A DNA stretch of 64,000 nt from Phoronis australis. Taxonomy: Eukaryota > Animalia > Phoronida. The stretch covers positions 1,230,197 to 1,294,196 of the forward strand of contig NMRA01000032.1 in assembly GCA_002633005.1 (NCBI GenBank), read 5' to 3'. How positions within the stretch are numbered: the first letter of the stretch is position 1; the number at the start of each line of letters is the position of its first letter. Below, in pieces: positions 24,241 to 36,972 of this stretch. The notes under the pieces were generated by a model. The model was not told where the DNA came from, did no database searches, and was given only the letters and a program-made list of their open reading frames with translations. The position numbers and the translations under genes were made by a program.

Positions 24241-25231
24241 CTTTAACAAATACAAGTACAATTTACATTAGTGTGTTACATCCTACGGGAGATGGAACGC
24301 GAAGATTCCACGAGAGTTAATATGAATCTTCACAATTCCCTATTTAAAACATTGTTATCAACATAAAGCGATTCAATGTTGTTAGTTTTTGATTTCACAC
24401 CTTTCAATATCTTGATGAACTGATCTTGAAACAGATTTAATCTCGGAGCATATACAGGTGTACCACGCATTTTTCAACTTTCTATTTTGAAAATTTTTGA
24501 AATCTAAATTTCGCAAAGCATTTGTTGGCCCTGAATAAAAATGAAATTTTCCAGAAAACTCAACTTTCTTACATTCGGCACAAATCACGCTTTCGAGACC
24601 AGTCAGCTACGTATTTCATTCATACAATATCCATCGTTTTCGCTTTGTATATTTTAGAAGTTACAGCGGCGGAAATAAAATCTTTCAGGAAATAATTTTC
24701 CATTGATCCTTTAGAGAAATCAGGTGATGCTGAGGTTGTTTCTGGAAGACCAATGTTCAAAATTAAAGTGAAATATAAACTAATCCATTTAAGCTCATAA
24801 AATAGCTCTTGTGATAATCCTTGCTATGACAGGGTTTGATTGCCGCTACTAACAACTGCATAAAAGCATCAGCGATTCATGAAAACGAGTCATGGTTGGA
24901 GTTGGCTAGCTCTAAAATCACGCAAATTCAAATAATGGCGGATGTATCTTTTGCCTCTGATTTGAGTTGCCCAAAACCGCTTCGATTTAAAATTAATCTT
25001 TGACGAAATGCCTCTTTTAACTAAGTCAGACTTGAAACAACAATAAGCCTTTGATACCCTGAAAATATAAGGCCTGGTCGTCAGTGGTGACAAGAGTGAT
25101 AACACAGATGTGGACAGACTCCTGCAGTAATAGTTGCCTAAGCTAACAGTCAGGATATGAACCCTCATTACTACAGCTAAAATTTGTAACAAGACTGAAA
25201 AAAATGAAAATCTAATGAAGCCGTCACTGGA

Positions 25232-26840
25232 TTAATCCAACGGGATCCAGGACAAATTCAAAATATCTTCGTCTTCCAATATGGTTGTCAAGCTGGGAGA
25301 GGCAATCTGAAACAGAAAACAATTGAAAACTCATCAGAAATAAATTACTAAAGATCTATAAAACTTGTCACCAACAGCTTTAAAAATGTTTACTTTCTTA
25401 CACGCGTCAATATAACATTAAATTATGGTCATTGTTTAAGTAAAATTTCGAAGCTCCCAAGCGCGTCTTGGTTACAAAGCACGATTATAGAAACACGCAC
25501 TTCTGCTTAGGAAGTTCATCTGCCGGTAAATTCATACTGCGTTAATGTTTGAATACAGGTTTGTTTATAGCAATGTAACGATATGAAGCATACTTACGCT
25601 GCGGCCTTGTATTTTTCTTTTGGAGATCACTGCTCCGTACTCTGAGTCTGAGAATAACTTTAATTTTTCTTGCGTCACTGCGCAAACTAAATCTACCTGG
25701 AATATATGAGAGCAAAGTTTTAAATCATTAGTTTATATTTATTGAAGCAACAGTTGAAAAGTACAAAATTGTATGACGTTTAACGGTACCTTAACTAGAT
25801 TTCAGGTTCCTGGTTTCAACGAAGAGTCCACTGACAAGTCTGTTCCCAAATTTTCTATGGAAGTCACGTCTATTCTCTACATCGAAGGATTTCATGTGTT
25901 TTTGTTGTGGGGTGTAATTTTAGAAATGTTAGAGCTGTCTTTTACTGATGACTGCTAATAATTTGGAAATTCGAACAACTATGCAAAACAGTAAAACAAA
26001 TGCTACAATGTCTATTGTAAAGATCCCGGCTTTGCGTTTCGGTGTTACATTAAGTGTAGTTAAAAAGAAAACTGTCAATGAATTGTTTTCTACAAAAACG
26101 ACATGAAGTGCACATCGGTCAAGGACGTATCCACGTGTAGCATTAGACACATCACGTGTATGTAACTTCCTTTTCATATAAACAACCAATATGCCTACTA
26201 AACCCTGGTTAGTTCATCACCTTGTTCTCTTGTTCAGAAACTCTTTGTTTTTTAAGTCTTTTCAAGAAAGCCGGACTTGGCTCAAACACATGCTTGGGGT
26301 CAGACTCTCCGAATTCTTTTTCCAATTGTTCTAACATCATGCAGATGTTATCAAGTCTCTGTGCAAGTGCGAGACATCTTGAGCGTGTCTGGTTGCCTTT
26401 GGACGCCTCCGTCTGGAGATCCTGCATGACCGTGACTATCTCATCGGATGTTTTTGAGAATGACAGAGTCATTGCATCTCCTTGAGATGCATAGTCAGCC
26501 GATACGATCTCTGCCGCTTCTGAAATTGAATGGATTTAATTGACAATTTTTTGTTTTGCTTATTTGTGAAACTCTGCAAACAAATTAAAAAGATCAAATT
26601 CTAAAATTAAAAGGAATTTCACTAAATATGGTTTGTTTTCTTAAAAATGGTGGTCTTACCAGTGTTTCCAATCACGTCATCGCGTTTGCCACCGTCCCCT
26701 TGACGTTTCAGAACACATTTGTGGCAAGAGCACTGTTTCTTCAACTTCTTCAGGGCATAGTGCCTCGCTCTTTGCAGAAATGACTCCTTTTTGCCGCCTT
26801 TTGAACCATTTTGTTTCCTTCTCTTCGGAATGCAAGGCAT
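25232..26840 (-). CDS. Novel ~217-aa protein, array copy 2
   Basis: Exons 26840-26660, 26519-26221, 25696-25598 and 25306-25232; same lengths as copy 1 (181/299/99/75) and an open frame. Confidence 0.75.
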
Positions 26841-27524
26841 TTTGAAACTTTTGTCTAGCTTCACTACTACCAAAGTGACGTCACGTAATTGTTGAATTAT
26901 TAAATATGACGTAAACTCCCGAATTTCAACGTAAGTCAACGGGAAAAAATGCTGATATGGGAAACATGAATAGACCTATCAAAGAAGCAGTTTTTAGTTG
27001 GCCTGCGTTTTATCATGGAACTCAAGGCATGGGATGCTAACTACCGTACTTGACCCATGTTTTACTAGCTTTATTGCGACCCCGGGCTTTCAAGGGAGTG
27101 GTAGAGAGTGTTTGCATTGAATTTCCCGACAGTTTTGAATTTTTTTCTAAAACCCGCCATGAACTATTTGCGCTTTTCCATCCGTTTTTTCACTGACGAC
27201 TGTGGCAGGACGTTCGCGTGTCTCTCACGCTAATGCAGTGGTTTAATATGTGTTCGACGGCATCATCAGCTTTATACTTTTCCTACCCATTCCACGACAT
27301 ATACCTCATTTTTTGTTCAATTGACTCAAAATTTGTCCACAATACAGAATGTACGCTGAGTCATTCCCTGTCAATAGGATGTTTTTCAGATCCAAGTTGT
27401 AATAATGAACTGGGGTCCCCTGTAATCGTTCATTTGTCACATACGTATATTGAGTCTGAAAAACAATTTGCTGTGCTCAGTAAAACTCATTATTATTTAG
27501 TTTTTACATGTGATAGTATTAACC

Positions 27525-28405
27525 CATGTTAAAAATTCCGTTGGGTATTAGATAAGGTCGCCGTTGTGGTCAACTTCCTAAAGAGGGCGTATTTGGTGTC
27601 GTTTAACTCGGGTTATTGTTCAATCAAGTTGTAGTTTTTATAAGACAAACCATGGTGAATAACGTGTACACCAATAACATTTAAACTTCACAAAAATTGA
27701 CTCATGTCCAAAACTAATTGTGAAGTCCCTGCACGTCGGACCGGTGTGATCAAAAAGGTAATTTACAAAAATGTTAAGCCTAATAATTACCTCCAGGACG
27801 AAAACGGCAAAATCATTTGGGATAATGCTAAAGTTTGTCTGCTAGATTATTACCTCGATGTTATTATTTATTATCGGAATAAGAAGTAATCCAACTTGGT
27901 CATAAAAAAAAAATTCTAAAACGAAAGTCAGTTCTGTTGCCCAGTGTAGTGTTGTTTAAGAGTTTGCATGCCCTATGAGCGAATGTCAAGCAGTGCTACA
28001 TTGGTCAAACGGTTTGCAGTCTTTCCTGTCGGTTATCTATGCATATTCAAAATGACGCCATCCTAGAACATTTTCTGCAAAGCGACGAACTTAAAATCAC
28101 CCGTCAAGAAATTGTGGAAAACACGTCTGTAGAGCACGATGTGATGCGATTGAATGTATTGGAGTCCCTTTCGGTTGCATTTGAGAAGCCTGTTTTGAAT
28201 GAGCAGCAAAGATGTTCACGCCGCAAGTTTGCGTGAAGTTCCTGTTACCCCCGCCCCCACCCCCCTAACCTTCATTTGTTATTCTTTGCAGTATTTCACA
28301 CCTGTCATGTCCCACTGTGTATGTCTCCAGCTTTTTCTCTGTGGTGGCATTACTGTGTCATTTATTTCCACTTGAGAATGAAACAAGTATGTTCGAAATA
28401 TCGAT
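27525..28405 (+). mobile_element. Decayed Penelope-like GIY-YIG fragment, unit 2
   Basis: Same motifs as in unit 1 (ORFs 27704-27889 and 28039-28236). Confidence 0.75.
28369..28405 (+). ncRNA. Degenerate minimal type-I hammerhead ribozyme (U3-A8 core variant) at the Penelope 3' end; also at 21498-21535 and 35216-35252
   Basis: CAC-TTGAGAA-T-G(A)AACA[AGTA]TGTT-C-GAAA-TAT-C-G: core UUGAGAA, stem II, GAAA, palindromic ATAT stem III, cleavage base C. The stem I arms CAC (units 2 and 3) and GTG (unit 1) survive in different copies. Confidence 0.55.
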
Positions 28406-28415
28406 TGTCTTTTAA

Positions 28416-29204
28416 NNNNNNNNNNNNNNNNNNNNNNNNNNNNNNNNNNNNNNNNNNNNNNNNNNNNNNNNNNNNNNNNNNNNNNNNNNNNNNNNNNNNN
28501 NNNNNNNNNNNNNNNNNNNNNNNNNNNNNNNNNNNNNNNNNNNNNNNNNNNNNNNNNNNNNNNNNNNNNNNNNNNNNNNNNNNNNNNNNNNNNNNNNNNN
28601 NNNNNNNNNNNNNNNNNNNNNNNNNNNNNNNNNNNNNNNNNNNNNNNNNNNNNNNNNNNNNNNNNNNNNNNNNNNNNNNNNNNNNNNNNNNNNNNNNNNN
28701 NNNNNNNNNNNNNNNNNNNNNNNNNNNNNNNNNNNNNNNNNNNNNNNNNNNNNNNNNNNNNNNNNNNNNNNNNNNNNNNNNNNNNNNNNNNNNNNNNNNN
28801 NNNNNNNNNNNNNNNNNNNNNNNNNNNNNNNNNNNNNNNNNNNNNNNNNNNNNNNNNNNNNNNNNNNNNNNNNNNNNNNNNNNNNNNNNNNNNNNNNNNN
28901 NNNNNNNNNNNNNNNNNNNNNNNNNNNNNNNNNNNNNNNNNNNNNNNNNNNNNNNNNNNNNNNNNNNNNNNNNNNNNNNNNNNNNNNNNNNNNNNNNNNN
29001 NNNNNNNNNNNNNNNNNNNNNNNNNNNNNNNNNNNNNNNNNNNNNNNNNNNNNNNNNNNNNNNNNNNNNNNNNNNNNNNNNNNNNNNNNNNNNNNNNNNN
29101 NNNNNNNNNNNNNNNNNNNNNNNNNNNNNNNNNNNNNNNNNNNNNNNNNNNNNNNNNNNNNNNNNNNNNNNNNNNNNNNNNNNNNNNNNNNNNNNNNNNN
29201 NNNN
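28416..29204. other. Assembly gap inside the array (other gaps: 2542-2752, 13908-14109; single Ns at 11299, 21412, 44695)
   Basis: N runs. This gap replaces the roughly 0.9-kb start of unit 3. Confidence 0.99.
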
Positions 29205-29324
29205 GAAATCAAAAATGAACAACATTGAGCTAGTCGCGTATTCATTAGAATAAGATAACGTGGTTCAATCGGAACTGGGCAGCGCTCAACGACAATATGT
29301 GACTGTTATCACTGACAGGCAAAA

Positions 29325-31110
29325 ACTTATAGTCTAGGGGGAGCACACAGAACACAAGCCAGCTAACCTATGCACGGAGAGTTTATGCATGATCATATCA
29401 TCAGGGTGAAGCAAACAGAACTCACGGCAGTTAACATGAACATGGATAGTTTACATGGCCCTATAGTCTGGGGAGCACACAGAACGTACGCCAGTTAACG
29501 TGAACATGGACAGTTTACATGACAATATAATCTGGGGAGAAGCACACAGAACGTTGGCCAATCACGTGAAAATGGACAGTCTACATGGTCATATAGTCTG
29601 TGGAGGAGCACGCAGACCATAGGTCAGTTAACATGAATATGGATAGATTGCATGGCCGCATAGTCTGGAGAGGAGCGCACTCAACATGGCCAGTTAACAT
29701 GAACATGGTCTGTTTATGGGTCCGTATAGTCTGGGAGGAGCACGTACAGAACGCAAGCCAGTTAACATGAAGATGAACAGCGTACATGGCCGTATAGTCT
29801 GGAGAGGACACAGAACATACGCCACTTAACATCAACAAGGACAGTTTACAAGGCCATAGAGTCTGTCCGGGGGTGGAGTGCACAGAAAGCAGACCAGTTA
29901 ACATGAACATGAACAGTTTATATATTACGAAGTAATCTGGAGGATGACTCAGAACTTAGGCCAAATAACATGAACATGGGCAGTTTACATGACCATATAG
30001 TGTGGGGAGGAGCAGGAGTCCGTTAATCACTAAGTTAACGTGAACATGGACAGATTGCATGGCCACATAGCCTGGGGAGGAGCACACAGAAAGTAGGCCA
30101 ACTAACATGAACATAGACAGTTTATATGACGGAATAATCTGGAGGATGACTCAGAACTTGGGCCAAATAACATGAACACGGACAGTTTACATGACCATAT
30201 AGTATGGGGAGGAGCACGTAGACTGTAGGCCATTTCACATAAATGTGAACAAATTGCGTGGCCACTTAGGCTGGGGAGGAGTTCAAAGAATGTAGGCCTG
30301 TGCCAGTTAACATGAACATGAGCAGTTTACATGGTCATATAGTCTGGGGAGGAACACACAGTATGTACGCCGGTTAACGTGAACATGGACAGTTTACACG
30401 ACCATATAGTCTGGGTAGGAGCACGGAGACCGTGTAGGCCACTCAGTTCACATGAACATGAACTGATTGCATGGCCATATAGTCTGGGGAGGAACACACA
30501 GAACGTAGGCCAATTAACTTGAATATGGACAATTTACATAGCCATATAGTCTGGGGAGGAGCACATAGACTGTACTACAGGCCAGTTCACATGAACGTGA
30601 ACAGATTGCATGGCCACTTATGCTGGGGAGGAGTGCAAAGAATGTAGGCCTGTGCCAGTTAACATGAACATGGGCAGTTTACATGGCCATATGCTCTAGG
30701 GAGGAACACGCAGAACGTAGGCCGGTTAACGTGAACACTGACAGTTTACAAGACCATGTAGTCTGGGGAGGAGCATGGAGACCGTAGGTCAGTTAACATG
30801 ACCGTGGGCATCCGTGACGATATAGTCTGGATGATCACACAGAACGTAGGCCAGTTAACGATGAACCTGGACAGTTTACAAAGCCATATAGTCTGGAGCG
30901 GTCGGGGCACTCCGCTCACATGTTCATGGACAATTTACATTGCCATATAATCCGGAGAGATCAGAGCGCACAGAACGTACACCAGTCAATCAATGTGTGC
31001 AGTTTACATGGCCAAATAATCTGAGGAGCAGCAAACAGAACGTACGTGCGCTAACATGTACATGAACAGTTTTTGAGCACTCGTGATAAAAAAGCACAGA
31101 ACGTAGTGGT
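29325..31110. repeat. 67-bp minisatellite, unit 3
   Basis: Same consensus as in unit 1. Confidence 0.95.
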
Positions 31111-31878
31111 ACAGTTTACATTAGTGTGTTACATCCTAAGGGAGATGGAGTGCGAAGATTCCACGAGAGTTCACATGAATATTCACAATTCCCTCCTTAA
31201 AACATTGTTTTCTACATAAAGTGTTTCAATGTTGTTAGTTCTTAATTTCACACCTTTCAATATCTTGACGAACTGATCTAGTTGAAACAGATTTAATCTT
31301 GGAGCTTGTACAGGTGTACCACGTATTTTTTTCAACTTTGGGTTTTGAAGATTTTTGAAATGTAAATTTGGTAAAGCATTTGTTGGCCCCTGAATAGAAA
31401 TGAAATTGTCCAGAAAACCCAACTTTCATACTTTTGGCACAAATGACGCTTTCGAGACCAGTCAGCTACGAATTTCATTCAGACAATATCCACCGATTTC
31501 ACTAATTTAAAAGTTACAGCAGTGGAAATGAAAATCTTTCAGGTAATAATTTTCCAATGATCGTTTAGACAAATGAGGTGATGCTGAGGTTGTTTCTGGA
31601 AGGCCAGTGTTTAAAAGTAAAGTGAAATATAAACTAATCCACTTAAGCTCATAAAATAGCTCTTGTGGTTATCCTTGCCATGATAGGGCTTGATTGCCGT
31701 TACTGACAACAGCGATTCATGAACACGCGTCATGGTTGGAGTTGGCTAGCTCTAAAATGACGCAAATTCAAATAATGGCGGATGTATCTTTTCCTTCTGA
31801 TTTGAGTTGCCCAAAACCGCTTCGATTAAAAATTAACCTTTGACGAAACGTCCCTTTAAACTAAGTCAGATTTGAAAC

Positions 31879-31954
31879 CTCGCTGGTTCCCTGCGTGCCG
31901 CTAGATGGGGCGGTAGCCGTGCTGGCTGGGCTAAGCACGCAGGGAACCAGCGAG
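31879..31954. mobile_element. 76-bp palindromic MITE inserted only in unit 3
   Basis: Perfect 20-bp inverted repeat CTCGCTGGTTCCCTGCGTGC / GCACGCAGGGAACCAGCGAG, flanked by A(T/C)TTGAAAC on both sides. The empty site TCAGACTTGAAAC is present in units 1, 2 and 4. Confidence 0.85.
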
Positions 31955-32149
31955 ACTTGAAACAAGGATAAGCCATTGATGCCCTGAAAATATAAGGCCT
32001 GTTTGTCAATGGCGACAAGAGTGATAACACAGATGTGGACAGACTCCTGTAGTAATAGTAAGCTAATAGTCAGGATATGAACCCTCATTACTAAAGCTAA
32101 AATTTGTAACTAGACTGAAAAATGGAAATCTAACGAAGCCGTCTCCGGA

Positions 32150-33730
32150 TTAATCCAACGGTATCCAGGATAAATCCAAAATATCTTCGTCTTCCAATAT
32201 GGTTGTCAAACTGGGATAGACAATCTGAAACAGAAACCAATTGAAAACTCAACAGAAATAAATTACTAAAGATCTATAAAGCTTGTCACTAACAGCTTTA
32301 AAAATGTTTACTTTCTTACACGCGTCGATATAACATTAAATTATGGTCATTTTTTAAGTAAAATTTCGAAGCTCCCAAGCGCGTCTTGGTTACAAAGCAC
32401 GATTATAGATACACGCACTTCTGCTTAGGAAGTTCATCTGCCGGTAAATTCATACTGCGTCAATGTTTGAATAAAGATTGTTTATAGTAATGTAACGATA
32501 TGAAGCATACTTACGCTGCGGCCTTGTATTTTTCTTTTGGAGATCACTGCTCCGTACTCTAAGTCTGCGCAAACTAAATCTACCTGGAATATATGAGAGC
32601 AAAGTTTTAAATCATTAGCTTATATTTATTGAAGCAACAGTTGAAAAGTACAAAATTGTATGACGTTTAACGGTACCTTGACTAGATTTCAGGTTCCTGG
32701 TTTCAACGAAGAGTCCACTGACAAGTCTGTTCCCAAATTTTCTATGGAAGTCACGTCTATTCTCTACATCGAAGGATTTCATGTGTGTTTTTGTTGTGGG
32801 GAGTAATTTTAGAAATGTTAGAGCTGTCTTTTACTGATGACTGCTAATGATTTGGAAATTCGAAGAACTATGCAAAATAGTAAAACAAATGTTACAATGT
32901 CTATTGTAAAGATCCCGGGTTTGCGTTTCGGTGTTACATTAAGTGTAGTTAAAAAGAAAACTGTCAATGAATTGTTTCCTACAAAAACGACATGAAGTGC
33001 AAATCGGTCAAGGACGTATCCACGTATAGCATTAGACACATCACGTGTATGTAACTTCCTTTTCATATAAACAACGAAATATGCCTACTAAACCCTGGTT
33101 AGTTCATCACCTTGTTCTCTTGTTCAGAAACTCTTTGTTTTTTAAGTCTATTCAAGAAAGCCGGAATTGGCTCAAACACATGCTTGGGGTCAGGCTCTCC
33201 GAATTCTTTTTCTAATTGTTCTAACATCATGCAGATGTTATCGAGTCTCTGTGCAAGTGCAAGACATCTTGAGCGTGTCTGGTTGCCTTTGGACGCCTCC
33301 GTCTGGAGATCCTGCATGACCGTGACTATCTCATCGGATGTTTTTGAGAATGACAGAGTTCTTGCAGCTCCTTGAGATGCATAGTCAGCCGATACGATCT
33401 CTGCCGCTTCTGAAATTGAATGGATTTGATTGACAATTTTATGTTTTGCTTATTTGTGAAACTCTGCAAACAAATTAAAAAGATCAAATTCTAAAATTAA
33501 AAGGAATTTCACTAAATATGGTTTGTTTTCTTAAAAATGATGGTCTTACCAGTGTTGCCAATCACGTCATCGCGTTTGCCACCGTCCCCTTGACGTTTCA
33601 GAACACATTTGTGGCAAGAGCACTGTTTCTTCAACTTCTTCAGGGCATAGTGCCTCGCTCTTTGCAGAAATGACTCCTTTTTGCCGCCTTTTGAACCATT
33701 TTGTTTCCTTCTCTTCAGAATGCATGGCAT
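32150..33730 (-). CDS. Novel ~207-aa protein, array copy 3 (in-frame 30-nt deletion in exon 3)
   Basis: Exons 33730-33550, 33409-33111, 32583-32515 (69 nt) and 32224-32150; open frame. Confidence 0.75.
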
Positions 33731-34414
33731 TTTGAAACTCTTGTCTAGCTTCACTACTACCAAAGTGACGTCACGTAATTGTTGAATTGTTAAATATGAC
33801 GTAAACTCCCGAATTTCAACGTAAGTCAACGAGAAAAATATGCTGATATGGGAAACACGAATAGACCTATCAAAGAAGCAGTTTTTAGTTGGCCTGCGTT
33901 TTATCATGGAACTCAAGGCACGGGATGCTAACTACCGTACTTGACCCATGTTTTACTTGTTTTATTGCGAGCCCGGGCTTTCAAGGGAGTGGCCGAGTGT
34001 GTTTGCACTGAATTTCCCGACAGTTTTGATTTTTTTTCTAAAACCCGCCATGAACCATTTGCGATTTTCCATCCGTTTTTTCACTGACGACTGTATTAGG
34101 ACGTTCGCGTGTCTCTCACGCTAATGCAGTGGTTTAATCTGTGTTCGAGGGCAACATGAGCTCTACACTTTTCCTACCCATTCCACGACACATATTTCAT
34201 TTTTTGTTCAATTGACTCAAAATTTGTCCACAATATACAATTTACGCTGAGTCAATCCCTTTCAATAGGATGTTTTTCAGACCAAAGATGTAATAATGAC
34301 TTAGGATCCCCTGTAATCGTTCATTTGTCACATACGTACATTGAGTCTTAAAAACAATTTGCAGGGCTCAGTAAAACTAATTATTATTTAGTTTTTACAT
34401 GTGATAGTATTAAC

Positions 34415-35252
34415 CCATGTTAAAAATTCCGTGGGGGTATTACATAAGGTCGCCGTTGTGGTCAACTTCCTAAAGAGACGTATTTGTTGTCGTTTAACTC
34501 GGGCTATTGTTCAATCAAGATGTAGATGGTATAAGACAAACCCTGGTGAATAACGTGTACACCAATAATATTTAAACTTCCACAAAAATCGATTCATGTC
34601 CAAAATTAATTGTGAATTCCCTGCACGTCGGACCGGTGTGACCAAAAAGGTACTTTACAAAATTTTAAGCCCAATAATTACCTCCAGGACGAAAACGGCA
34701 AAATAACTTGGGATAATGCTAAAATTTGTAAGCTCGATTATTACCTCGATGTTATTATTTATTATCGGAATTGGAAGTAGTCCAACTTGGTCATAAAAAA
34801 AACATTTCTAAAGCGAAAGTCAGTCCTGTTGCCCAATGTAGTGTTGTTTAAGTGTTTGTATGCCCTATTAGCGATTGTCAAACGGTTTGGAATCTTTTCC
34901 GTCGGTTATCTATGCATATTCAAAATGGTGCCATCCTAGAACATTTTCTGCAAAGCCACGAACTTAAAATCACCCGTCAAGGAATTGTGGAAAACACGTC
35001 TGTAGAGCACGATGTGATGCGATTGAAAGTATTGGAGTCCCTTTCGGTTGCATTTGAGGAGCCTGTTTTGAAGGAGCAGCAAACATGTTCGCGTGACTTT
35101 CCTGTTACCCCCCCCCCTTCATTTGTTATTCTTTGCAGTATTTCACACCTGTCATGCCCCACTGTGTATGTCTCCAGCTTTTTCTCTGTGGTGGCATTAC
35201 TGTGTCATTTATTTCCACTTGAGAATGAAACAAGTATGTTCGAAATATCGAT
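34415..35252 (+). mobile_element. Decayed Penelope-like GIY-YIG fragment, unit 3
   Basis: Same motifs (ORF 34852-35262, RRLSMHIQNGAILEH); a small deletion removes the YIG codons. Confidence 0.7.
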
Positions 35253-36972
35253 TGTCTTTTAATCATATCTCTTAGTCAGTTGCTTCAGCAATGTTCTGTT
35301 CCGTGTCGAACATCGTTCCGAGGATACGAACAGAACGGAATGTAAAACAATGTTGTCTTTATATTTATTTTATTATAAATAATACAAAATTACATAGCAC
35401 AGTACCTCGTAAACAAATTAAGAATCTGCCTAAACTAAGTAACCAAAAATCTTGTTGACCTGATAAATAAGTAACAGGAATAATATGAAGTTCACACTAG
35501 GATACATTTCATATTTAATAGGTCTTGACGTTAACTATCGACTAAAACGCGATAATAGACAAGTTTTAATGGCAAGTCTATATGTTATCGCTGTCAAAAA
35601 TCAATTTCGATATTAGAAATCAGTATCAAAATCGACAAGATTTTTGGAAAGCAAAGACATCTGAGATGTCACTCAATTTGTGATAGAAAATTAATCCTGG
35701 ATTGTCCATAAGCTTCTTCAAAAAGTCAGCACTATTCACTGAGCAATTCCTGAAAAGGAATCTCCGCCATATTTTAAAGATTTCAAAAGGTACCCCACCG
35801 CTATACATAATGGGCGACTTCCAACTTGATTCACATAATAACAATTGGATGTTCAGAAACAACCTTTCTGATCCTAAGTTTCTATCAACAAACAACAGGA
35901 AATTATTTTCGCAAAAAAATCACTCTTGTAACCTCTGAAGGATGTAAGCATTGAAGTTCATTGTAGAAAATACGTACTAACCACTCAGAAAGCTGTGTGA
36001 TATCGATGCTGCGTTGTATGAGTTGTGTAAAATATCAGATAGTCGTTACCGGCTACGACTTCTTAATAAAACGTATATTTCGAATCAGAACGATATTCAA
36101 ATCGTTCTCTTCGAAACCCAATTGACGCATTGGACAACTTTTTAAGACAAAAATCTGTTTATCGCTTGACTGAAAGGTGCGAAATCAAAAATGAACAACA
36201 TCGAGCTAGTCGCGTATTCATTAGAATGAGATAACGTGGTTCAATCGGAACTGAGCAGCCTTCAACGACAATATGTGACTGTTATCACTGACGGGCAAAA
36301 ACTTATAGTCTAGGGGGATCACACAGAACACAAGCCAGCTAACCTATGCACGGAGAGTTTATGCATGATCATATCATCAGGGTGAAGCAAACAGAACTCA
36401 CGACAGTTACCATGAACATGGATAGTTTACATGGCTATATAGTCTGGCGAGCACACAGAACGCACGCCAGTTAAGGTGAACATGGACAGTTTAAATGACA
36501 ATATAATCTGGGGAGGAGCACACAGAACGTTGGCCAATCACGTGAAAATGGACAGTCTACATGGTCATATATTCTGTGGAGGAGCACGCAGACCATAGGT
36601 CAGTTAACATGAACATGGATAGATTGCATAGCCGCATAGTCTGGAGAGGAGCGCACACAACATGGTCAGTTAACATGAACATGGACTGTTTATAGGTCCG
36701 TATAGTCTGGGAGGAGCACGTACAGAACGCAAGCCAGTTAACATGAAGATGAACAGCTTACATGGCCGTATAGTCTGGAGAGGACACAGAACATACGCCA
36801 CTTATCATCAACAACGACAGTTTACAAGGCCATATAGTCTGGGGAGGAGCACACAGAACGTGGGCCAGTTAACATGAACATGGACAGTTTATATGACGAA
36901 ATAATCTGGAGGATGACTCAGAACTTAGGCGAAATAACATGAACATGGGCAGTTTACATGACTGTATAGTAT

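Noticed and set aside
28276-29253. Long ORFs containing X runs (also 2360-2788 and 13776-14172)
   Set aside because: Artefacts of translating through N gaps and a TG microsatellite.
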